NCBI GenBank assembly: GCA_964016885.1
Contig: OZ024745.1
Coordinates: forward strand, 96,534,001-96,598,000
Direction of reading: 5' to 3'
Source: Eledone cirrhosa
Lineage: Eukaryota
DNA length: 64,000 bases
The notes under the pieces were generated by a model. The model saw nothing but the letters and a program-made list of their open reading frames with translations. It was not told where the DNA came from and ran no database searches. Within the stretch, counting starts at the first letter, position 1; each line of letters begins with the position of its first letter. This document shows, piece by piece, positions 52,931 through 64,000 of this stretch. Both the position numbers and the translations under genes were made by a program.

Positions 52931-53644
52931 TACATACACATGCACCCATGTATATACACACATACATATACATACATATGTACATGTGTATATACATATT
53001 TTCACACTTTTGGATGGCCGTTGACTCTTATGAGTTCTTCCGCCCTGTCAGGTTTTGTTTTTTGTCCTGCAGGGTGTCCAAAATCACCCTCCTCACCAAG
53101 TAAACTTGGTGGGGTTGCCGGTTTAGTCGCCGACGACCCGACCATGCGACAGGTTGTACTGGGTTACATGTTACCAGTAGCACCCAAGAGTGACCCGACA
53201 TGCATACATACATGCATACATACATGCATACATGCATACATTCATAAATACATACACATATGCACACACACATACATACGTACGTACATACGTACGTACA
53301 TACATACGTACACAGATACATACATACACGCATGCATAAACATATATATGTACTTATCAATGTGTGTGAGTGTGTGTGTGCGTGTGCATGTATGTATGTG
53401 TGTGTGTGAGCATGTGTGTGAGTATGTGTGTGTGTATTTGTGAGTGTGTGTGCGTGTGTGAGAGAGTGTGTGTGTGTGAGTGTGTGTGTGAGAAAGATAG
53501 ATAGATAGATAGAGATAGAGAGAGGGGGGAAAAAGTGTGTGTATGTGTGTAAGAGAGAGATAGATAGATAGAGATAGAGAGAGAGGGGAGAGAGAGTGCC
53601 TGTGTGTGAGTGTGTGTGTGAGAGGGAGATAGATAGATAGATAT

Positions 53645-54870
53645 GTTTCTTTTATTTGCCACAAGGGCATCAAAAGTGGGACAAGTACAATGGGGGGAGT
53701 TTACAAAACAAGGCGTCCTCAATAGGGAGGAGGCAATAACAATATATAAAAATAAAATAAAATATAACAAAAAATAGAATTATAACAAAATCCTCAATAG
53801 AGGATTTTGTTATAAAATATAACAAAAAATAAAATTTATAACAAAATCCTCAATAGAGAGGAGGCGCCTTGGAGGGTCGCACACACCCCCGAAAAAAGTG
53901 TGCAACCCTTTTCCTCAGGAGCACAGAGAGGGGGTGCTCCCTCGTTCCTTCCTCTTTTCCACCTACAGGCTTATGTAAAGAGAAGGCCCATTCACACGGG
54001 CCATTCTCGCCACTTTCACCCACCTTTCATAAAAACGACTGGGGTGCAGCACCTCTCTCTCCATCCTGATCCTTCTTCCGAAATGATATCGGAAGAAACG
54101 GACCAGTTGTTGGCCAGAGAGAAAGGTGCCTGACCTCAGTCCTTTCAGACGCGTCCACCATACAACCTCTTTCGCCATGGCTATTACGCACAGAAACACC
54201 GCCTCTGCTTCATCGTTGAAGAGGGGAGGCGGCTTGATCATTACAATAGACTCGGTGGTCAACCGGATCGGTCCCACCCTTGACAGCAGTTGTTCGACAT
54301 AACCCCACAGATCGGCTACGCCCGAGCAGTGTACCAATGCGTGTGCAACGGTTTCCTCGTCGCACACGCATCTGGGACAGATCTTTTTGGCGGGGTCCCT
54401 ACCCGGGCGCCCGTGTCTGTAGAGCCTTTCTCGAACGGGTAAAGCTCCTCGGTAGCACTGCCAGGCCAGGGACTTCTGGAAGTTGTCCATAGGTCCCTGG
54501 CTGAATGTCCTACCGAACAGGCTGGCCAGTTCGTCCTCCTCCATGTCTAGGGCTTCTCCGAGGGCGTCGTCGCACCTGCTGCGTACCAGCCCTCTATAGA
54601 ATGTTGCGGTGGAGTCTCCACTGATAACCGGATCCGCCTGCCAGAGGGCGGTGAGCGCCTGGGCACACTCAGTGTGCCAGGCGCCCAGTTTTCTCGGTCT
54701 TTGCTTGACCCAGGATTGCAGCTCGGTGAGTGAAACGAGTCTGGGAAAGGTTCGTCTCACAAACGAGGCCCACACCGGTTGTCCGGTGAGGAATACGTAG
54801 AGGTGCCGTAGCCTTAATGCGTGTTTACGCATCATTAGCCACGGCATCCCCAGCCCTCCTTTCGAAGGGT
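53645..54870 (-). mobile_element. L1-Tx1 LINE copy G, 5'-truncated (B/C/D subfamily), (GATA)n at both ends
   Basis: Open ORF2 C-terminus HPSKGGLGMP...ARVNGPSLYISL (stop 53963); junctions gatagata|tgtttctttatt and gaagggt|gatagataga. Confidence 0.95.
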
Positions 54871-54912
<42 letters not shown>

Positions 54913-56322
54913 GATAGAGAGAAGGGGAGAGAGAGTGTTGTGTGAGAGTGTGTGTGTGTGTGTGAGAGATATATAGATAGAGATAGAGAGGGGGGTGTGA
55001 GTATGTGTGCATGTATGTATATGTGTGTGAGCATATGTGTGTGAATGTGTGTGTGTGTGTGTGTGTGTAAGAGATAGGGATAGATAGATAGAGATAGAGA
55101 GAGAGGGGGAGTGTGTGTGTGTGAGAGAGAGTGTGTGTGAGAGTGTGTGTGTGTGTGTGAGAGAGGGAGATAGATAGATAGATAGAGATAGAGAGAGGGG
55201 GAGAGAGAGAGTGTGTGTGAGAGAGTGTGTGTGTGAGAGATAGATAGATAGATAGAGATAGAGAGAGAGGGGAGAGAGAGTGTGTGTGTGTGTGTTTGAG
55301 CATATGTGTGTGAGTGTGTGTGTGAGAGTGTGTGTGTGTATATGTGACTATAATATATTCACATCAGTTTAAATATCAAATATAAGATCATGTATGTTTT
55401 ATCTATTATGTTTCGCAGTTGTAAGTAGTTGCTATTATATTTCGTGGGAGAAAATATGGCTACTTTTAATGATTATAATTGCAGCTGAGAAGGTGTGCTA
55501 GACACGACCTAAATATCTTTGTTTATATTTTACAGTATTATTAGGTTCATTATTTATCCAATATATATCCAGTAACTAATCGATGTTGGCTAGTTAAATG
55601 GTATCTTTATAAGTGATATAGATCAATATCTAATGAAACTCACTAAATATAACCGAAGCTCAACAGAAGCGTAAAAAATAGAATCGATGAATATTTTTTA
55701 GGACTTGTTCTTCCTTTTAAAAATTACTGTGCAATGATGATAGTTATTCATTACAATGATAAATATCTTCTTTTTGTAACCAATTTATCATCATTTTCAA
55801 TGAAACTGTTCTTTAACGAACACTCAGTAAATATACAGTAAAAGCATCGTCTGCCAGAGTGAACTCTCGCCTAAAAATGATTAATTTTAGAAAAAATCAA
55901 TATCAATAAGTAGCTATATAGATATTTCATTGTTTACTACAACAGATCCTTTATTTAATATTCTGACACTCAACTTCTTTATTGGAGTTCAAACTATTTT
56001 AAGCAGAGTGTTTTAGTCTGTTCTACACAGTTCAAGAATAAAATACTTATCAATATGGAAATAGACAGCTGTTACAAATATGATACCTACCAACTATTTC
56101 AGTAATATTAATCATTCTTGATTTCTTTCATTCGGAACAAAACCTCACAGGAAAACCTATTGGGACTATGTACAGTCCGTGTCTTTTCTATAACCATAAG
56201 GAGTATCAATAAAATGAAATGCTTTCAGCTTCAGTTCGAAATTGCGTTTTGTTCTATTTCATCGGACAAAGTCTTTTGTTGCACTGTGTTCGCCATGATC
56301 TGATATATTAAAACTGTTTAGA

Positions 56323-56483
56323 GTGGATTGGCAGAGTGGTTAGAGTGTTAGATAGGTCAATTTTGCTTTTCCTCCTTCAAGAGTCGATAAAATAAAATGC
56401 CCGTCAAGTACTGGGGTTAATATAATGAACTTTCACTTATCCTCAAAATTCTGGCCTCGTACCAAAATTAGAAACCATCATAT
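56323..56483 (+). mobile_element. Degenerate SINE copy
   Basis: gtggattggcag head, gtcgataaaataaa core, tagaaaccat tail. Confidence 0.7.
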
Positions 56484-56770
56484 TAAAGCTGTTGTATATG
56501 TCGTGTGAAACGTCTGTCAAATGGGATGGTATGAGTGAGTATGTGAGAGAGATAGATAAATAGAGAAAGAGAGTGTATGCGTGTGCCAACCTGTGAGTGA
56601 GAGAGAGAGGGTGTGTGTGTATGTGTATGTGTGTGTGTATATATATATGTGTGTGTGTGCGTGTGTGTGTGAGGGAGAGGGAGAGAGAGAGAGAGAGATT
56701 GGTAAATTGTGGTAAAGGGGGCATTATGAATGTGTGAGTTCGAATTTTTTTTATTATTTTTGTGTGTGTG

Positions 56771-56919
<149 letters not shown>

Positions 56920-56968
56920 TATACATATATACATATATATATACATATATATATATATACATATATAT

Positions 56969-57015
<47 letters not shown>

Positions 57016-57037
57016 CATATATATATAATATTGAATA

Positions 57038-57230
57038 TAATTGTTTCTACTTTTGGCACAAAGACAGCAATTACCCAGGGCATTACTGGGGCTTTATTTT
57101 ATTTATCGACCCCCGTAAGGGTGAAAGGCAAAGTTAACTTCGGTGGGATTTAAAATTTCAGACCGTAAAGGGTCGTAATTGTATGCTGCAAAGTATGGCG
57201 TCCGGCTCTCTACCGATACTGTCTATCCAC
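57038..57230 (-). mobile_element. Nin/Deu-domain SINE copy
   Basis: Colinear with 38082-38270. Confidence 0.85.
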
Positions 57231-57485
57231 CGAATACGAATGATCCGATAATGAATCGATTAAGAAAGAATCTATCAGAAATATTTAAATACATAGACAT
57301 CCACTTAAACATTACTAGACGTAACACTAGACTTAAAATAATGACAATGATTCCCCTACAGATAAATGAAAGAAGACACCATTTATATCTATAATATATC
57401 AAATAACTACCCATCCAACATAATATTGGCAGCTGCAGTTCGAATATGTAGGAGAATCTGTAAGCTATCATCCAATAGGGTTATA

Positions 57486-57710
57486 TCAAATAATGCATCC
57501 CTCTATTGTATTAATGCACAAGCTATGGGTACACATGTTTAACAAGATGGAAGGGTCGATAGTGTAAAAATACACACGCATGTACACCAGGTCCGAAGAC
57601 AAAGGAGCCGAACTCCCACTGTCATCACCTCCGTCTCTCTCGCCTTCATCATCTCTCACTATTATGAGTAAATGGGGTCCCACGCGCTGTCCGCCCCACA
57701 GCCACCTTGA
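57486..57710 (-). mobile_element. 3' UTR fragment related to 58170-58330 (inverted, diverged)
   Basis: Shared ccatt(t)..ctcataa..tgagagatg..gcgagaga.acggagg...gtgacag.gggag...ggacctggtgta. Confidence 0.7.
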
Positions 57711-57984
57711 GTACTTAATACATATGAAAAAAAAAAAAAACTCCCGATCATTCTACAGCAGAATATAACCAAAAAGAGGAAAGTAATCTGACTTAATCTT
57801 CCACACAGCCTAGAACTCACCACGAATATTGCCATGATGATGATGATGATGATTTCTAAGCTCTACTAAAACATTATTTCTCATTCATGTACAAATGCTA
57901 TAAACTCTTCAAATCACAAAACGTTATGACTAGTTATACCTAAATGGACAACATCATTTCCTATATCTTATACTATAACGGCAA

Positions 57985-58345
57985 ACAGCTACGGGTCGAG
58001 CCCATAGCAGTGGAAACTTCTGGTGTCCTTAGCCCTAGTGCCACCTCCCTACTCATCACTATCGGCAGTGGCTGGCTATCCCCAGGTGTGAGTCTTGCGA
58101 GCTGGAATGGCTCTTCCAGCGCGTCTCCCTCACCATTCCTCGGAGAAACGCCTTCTCTATTGTCCACCGGGGCCACGGGGTGGCCAGTGTGTTGGACCCA
58201 TTTTCTCATAAGAATGAGAGATGTGGAAAGCGAGAGATACGGAGGCAGTGACAGCGGGAGCTTGGTTCCATTGTGTTTGGACCTGGTGTATATGTATATA
58301 TTCATTTACCACACCACATTTCCTGTAAACATCACTAGTTTATAT
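57985..58345 (+). mobile_element. CRE-like (RLE) non-LTR 3' fragment
   Basis: VEPIAVETSGVL...(frameshift) EWLFQRVSLTI.R.NA.SI resembles the C-terminus of CRE-clade RLE proteins. Confidence 0.6.
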
Positions 58346-59997
58346 ATCTTCATATATATTCATTATAATTATCTTCACAGTTTTTAAGTGTGTGCTGTCA
58401 TCATATTACCCAACTTGTAACTATCGAAATCCATCCACCAGTCCTCCGAAGAGATCCTACATTTCTACAAAAGTATACCGAGGAACCATAGCACACATAG
58501 GCGACATTAAAGGAAATTATACTGGTCTAACTGTTAATACTGTGAAGAATGATTTCTTTCAACAACTTCAGTTAAGATCAAGGAAAAGAGAAATAACATA
58601 TCTCTGTCACAATTTATTTGGAAACTCACGACCTAAAGACTGTCATGTCTCTCCGCTACCGACAATGAGTTTTACTACTGTAACTCGTACTGCTTGTCTT
58701 TCGATTTCTCTCATACTATTTGTATCTCAGTACATTTGGCGGCAACAGCTGCGGCTATAAATGTTTTGCAAAATATTTTATATAGTACATGAAAAAGAAC
58801 TTTTCAAGAGAAATCCAATAGTGTTCTATTAAATCGAATATGTCTTCATTAAGAAAGATTCTGGTACGCTTGTAGCTACTTTACAACCTGTGCGTGTATG
58901 CGTTTGCGTGTTTGTGTGTGTGCATGTGTGTGTATGTGTGTGTATGTATGTGTGTGTGTATATGTGCGCGTGGGTATGTATCCATTCGGTGTGAATCGGT
59001 ATAAAGTCGTTGGCATCTCTTTAAGGGGCGTAGCTTTGACTAATTTAGTGATTTGATAGAGATCGATAAAATGAGCACCTGATAAACTAATGTTGTTAAT
59101 ATGATTAACAACATCCCTTATAGTTGGTGCTACGGCAAAACTGCAAACCAATGGATAAAACCAGTGAAAGAATAAAAGAAAATATCCCTTCGAAGTACCT
59201 GATGTATATATTTCCAGCATTACGATCTCTTTCTTTCCTCGTGCGAGTTAACAAATATAAGATGCTATACTTCAGTTTTCAATTGAGATTATGATATTCT
59301 AGCACAAAGTTTCATATATTACATTAGCTACAATTGAATAATCACGCTCTATATTTTTCTTCCTGCGGTTCGATTTATAGAAAAATTATTTCCTTGTAGC
59401 ACTTAAAATCAGATTTCTTTTATCACTAATGTCTAAATATGTGAGGAAAAACAAATAAAAGAGTACCAAATATATGTGAAGTGCTCCTGGCTTGGGAAAA
59501 TTTTACATCTATAACACCTTTGATCAGTGATCTGTTCAGCCAAGGATGATATAGGAGAGAAAAACACTATAGCAACATATGCTCTGTAACTGTAAATATC
59601 ACTGAACTTACTTATATGATCACAGTTTTACTGTACTAAACTAATCCTTCGGTAATTTAATAGACTGTAAGTTTATAGACTATATAGATTGTCTCATCTC
59701 TTTGGTGTTTAACACTCAGAATGAAAATGGTTGTACTGCTAGTTAAAGCCTTTCATTAGTTAATAAATATTGTTTCATTGGGTTTTTGACAGACTATATA
59801 ATTAGTAATTCACTTGAGAGTAGCTTGGAGAACTGTAATTAATTGCTAATGTTTGTTGTAAGACAAATTCATCAGTCACACAAAAGTTAATAGTGTAACA
59901 GTTTTGTTGCTGGTTTCATAATTGTTAGGAAGATAGCTTTATTAGTTGTTAAAGAGTACCACGTGAGTGTATTTTATTATTTACTGAAAGGAGGGTG

Positions 59998-60397
59998 GTA
60001 GATTGGCAGTACCGGTAGAGCGTCGGACAACATGCATTGCGACATATAGTGAAATTTGACTTTCATCGTTAAGGGGTCGATAAATAAAGTACCAGTAATG
60101 CACGAGTGTCAATTTAATCATCTTTCCCCTTCCACAACTTGTGCCTAAATCAGAAACCATTATTTAGCGGTGCAAGTCGGTGGATTGGCAAAATCGGTAG
60201 ATCGTCGGACAACATGCTTTGCGGCATAGAGTTGCGGCCCATTATATTCTGAGTTCAAATCCCACCGAGGTTATCTGTGCCATTCATCCTTGTGGGGTTG
60301 ATAAAATAAAGTACCAGTAACGGAGTGGGGGTCGATTTATCCGACTTTCTCCTTCTCTTTCAAATGCTGGCCTTGGGCCAAAAGTAGAGACAATTAT
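59998..60397 (+). mobile_element. Two tandem SINE copies (59998-60163 and 60180-60397)
   Basis: Both have the gattggca..cggtaga..gtcggacaacatgc head and gataaa(a)taaagtaccagtaa core. Confidence 0.8.
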
Positions 60398-62015
60398 ATA
60401 TTTAAGATTTGTTTGTGCTGCTGGAGATATAGTTTTAGCTTTTGAGAAGGTGTTTCAATAGCTAAACTTTATTTGAAGAATGTTCATTTTCAAATAATTT
60501 CTAACTTAGGGCAACACTAAATAAATGAAAACAGAAATGCGATCAAATGACGGAGCTTCTATGCAGTCACTTGATGTGCTAGAAGCAGCGGTCTAATATT
60601 CCTCAAACCACACCTAACCATCACATAAATGAGGTCATACATAACTCAAAATAGATATAAATTGGCATGGCTGCGATGAACTAGCCTTGATTACATGACT
60701 TCTTGATCAGAGTAGATTTGGGGCTAAACAACAACAACTGGAACAAAACATTAATGTTTTCAGTAAACATTTCAATTCATATTGTCGTCACTAATTCCAT
60801 TATTCTTCTTAAAAGCACTAAAATGGCTTTCATTCTATATTTGAATCACTCTAAAAATACAACTAGTAAAGTTAATGATTTCTTTCGACTAGACAATGTC
60901 ACTTAATGTGTTCATACATAAATATTTTGACGTCCAAGCCTTTTTCGGTTGTGATAGGATTACTAAGTTGTCTAGATATTGACAAAATCACACGCACATC
61001 ATATTTACGAACAGCAGATATATAAAATCTTTATATTCTTTTCACATGGTAAGCTTTAGAATATTTAAATAATCTCCTGTTTTAATTCCATCTGCGACAC
61101 TCCATATGCATTAGTCGTATTACAAAGGTTACATTTTCCTCACAGTGTTATAAACTACATTAGCTGCTTAGCTTTTATGAAAAGCGAAATTTGTCCTATA
61201 TTATCCATATATGTTACACTCCTGATTAAAACTAGTTTCATTTACTAACATCTGTTTGTATACGTATACGATGGGATCTTACATCCCATCCATAACCAGA
61301 AAAAAAAAACTGTTCTTGATATAAGCAACCAACGGCATAATAATAACTTTCTCATCATCTAAATGTGTTCCACTTTTACCAATGATACTGGCTTTAACAC
61401 AATTTCTGTTACTTTGAGCCAAGCAATAAAAGTGTCTATATGTTCTTTAGACTCACTGGAAATAACAGCCAAACTCTTTTGAATTACACATTAGATACCC
61501 AACGCAAGATATCAAAAGACAAAATGCTGAGAATATATTTGATCGTATGTCTTCTCGATCAAAGGAGACGCGTGACCATCACCACCAATACCTACACCCT
61601 CCACCAACAACACCTTCATCCCCACCACAATCACCTACACCACCACCAATAACAAGTACAATAACCTCTGTAACTTTGAAATCGTTAACTCAGTTTTATC
61701 TCATCTAGTTTACACTTATGAAAAATACAATTTTCCCAAGTCTGATTTATTACATATAATATCTCACAGGCTTACTAATTATTAAATGAATTACACGATA
61801 TTTAATTTCTAGAACTTCAAATGTATGGCATTAATATCTAGTTCAGATTTTATACCCAGACGGTAACAAGTAATAGAATATTAATATAATATTTATAGAC
61901 CCAACCTTCTTCTATCACCGTTCTTATACACTATTAAACGTCTATGAGCACTGCCTATCTTCTAAAACTGAATAAATAATAAATAGACTACTACAACACA
62001 TTATTTCACAATAGA

Positions 62016-62057
<42 letters not shown>

Positions 62058-62059
<2 letters not shown>

Positions 62060-62821
62060 TAGCATCAGTACCCAGCGTTGCCTGGGTAGGTAAAATAATA
62101 TCTGCTTTGATGAAAAGGTGTTGATCTTAGCGACTGCTTCTCGATGAATCATCTATGGCCACACACAGGCCATGTGGTGGAGGGTGGTGATGACCTCTAT
62201 CACTGATAAAACGCGGGTGACTGACGAAGGGACATGCTGGGGGAGGGCGTTTCGAATTTGAACGAAATCGGTTGAAAAATGTGGGAGCTACAGCCGAAAA
62301 GACAGAATTTTGAGCGAAAAGGTGGTATTTTCGAATATTCAAGCGGCTGCCACGGTGTTCCTGAACAAAAGATCCAAAATGTAAAGCCATTTTAAGACGT
62401 AATATAATCAGATCTAGCATAGTGTAAAATTTGAACAAAGTACGTTGATTAATGTGGGAGCTAGAGCCGAAAAAGTGGAAATTTGAGTGTAAAAGTGGTA
62501 TTTTTGAATATTTAAGCGGCTGCCACACCGTCCCTGAACAACAAATGCAAAATATAAATCCATTACAGGATGTGCAATGATAAATTGTATTTTGCTTTAA
62601 AATTTGAACAAAATCTGTGGCAAAATGTGGGAGCTAGAGTAAAAAATCTTATTTTTCGATACCTAAATAAATAAACGATACGCTGATATATAAAAAAAAA
62701 CACTCCCCGATGACTAATCTATGAGCCTGTAGAGTCTCATGAAAATCGGTCGTAAGATGTAGGCCCATATAGGTAATACACAGACACACACACACACATA
62801 CTTAATTTTATATATATACAG

Positions 62822-62823
<2 letters not shown>
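62058..62823 (+). mobile_element. Helentron/HINE-like non-autonomous element in (TA)n
   Basis: Starts ACTAG..tacccag cgttgc ctgggta hairpin; internal ~175-bp tandem units (aatgtgggagctag/ac); ends aaatcggtc...acagacacac..ttttatatata. Confidence 0.6.
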
Positions 62824-63312
<489 letters not shown>

Positions 63313-64000
63313 GTATGGATATATATGCATCTCTATACATACATGCAAAAATACTCATACACGCACACACCTACTCTCTCTCTCTCTCTATCTCTCATTC
63401 TCTCTCTCTCTCACACACACTTACAACTTATATATATACATATATATATATATATTGGTTTAGATCGATATCCAGAGACTTCGATCTTATTTACAATTTG
63501 CTGTGGAGCAGACGCAATGGAGTAATTGTAATACATCACAGCCAGAAGCCTAAAGCTATGAAAACAATGTAATTATTGTATCGACGGTGTAACATATAAA
63601 AACGTTAAAGTACTCACAATTTCATCAATTGAAACAGCCAGTATCCTCCTAGTTTAGCACACAAAAATACGCCGGACTACAAAAATCCATATCTAAGCTG
63701 GTACATTATACTGTTTCAAATTCCGTGGAGAATCCGCTGGTTATAAATTGATAATAAATCCATAACCAACAAGTTACAGACTAAGGAATTGTCATCAACC
63801 AGCAATCCTATGAAGGATTTCCGAACATCAACCTTATTACTAAATTTTCAGGTCGGTGTTGGTATACCACGTATAGCAGTAACAAATGACTTATATATAT
63901 GCAGAAGTTAAATTTAATTTGTTGGGATTCAACAAGCTTAAAAGTTTTATAACTGATATAAAGCACTCAACAGAAACTGGAGTAAATATTCAATATATTA

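Noticed and set aside
53963-55303. 446-aa ORF as a novel fusion protein
   Set aside because: The N-terminal part is microsatellite read-through in frame with truncated Tx1 ORF2.
63795-63860. Hammerhead-like motif on minus strand (CTGAAAA...GAAATCCT..AGGATT)
   Set aside because: The core is mutated and stem II is not convincingly paired.

Overview
AT-rich animal genomic DNA packed with (TA)n, (CA)n, (GA)n and (GATA)n microsatellites. The SINEs resemble cephalopod (octopus-like) families; the taxon is an inference. No host protein-coding gene is supportable. The window is almost all retroelements. It holds seven L1-Tx1-clade LINE copies or fragments (labelled A-G), two R4/Dong-clade RLE elements at (TAA)n, an RTE fragment, a CRE-like fragment, a Penelope-like element, about ten (TA)n-embedded Penelope-type fold-back remnants carrying hammerhead ribozyme motifs, Nin/Deu-domain SINEs, hAT MITEs and a Helentron/HINE-like element. 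Two observations stand out. (1) One Tx1 subfamily (B, C, D, G) has both ends in (GATA)n in a fixed orientation and has built a 14-kb head-to-tail stack. (2) Across diverged Tx1 copies, ORF2 is bracketed by a consensus splice donor (AG|GTRAGT, 35-41 nt upstream of the ORF2 start, 4 of 4 copies) and an acceptor-like site whose AG is the ORF2 stop (pyrimidine-rich...CTGTAG|GT, 5 of 6 copies). This suggests the whole of ORF2 is an optional intron.
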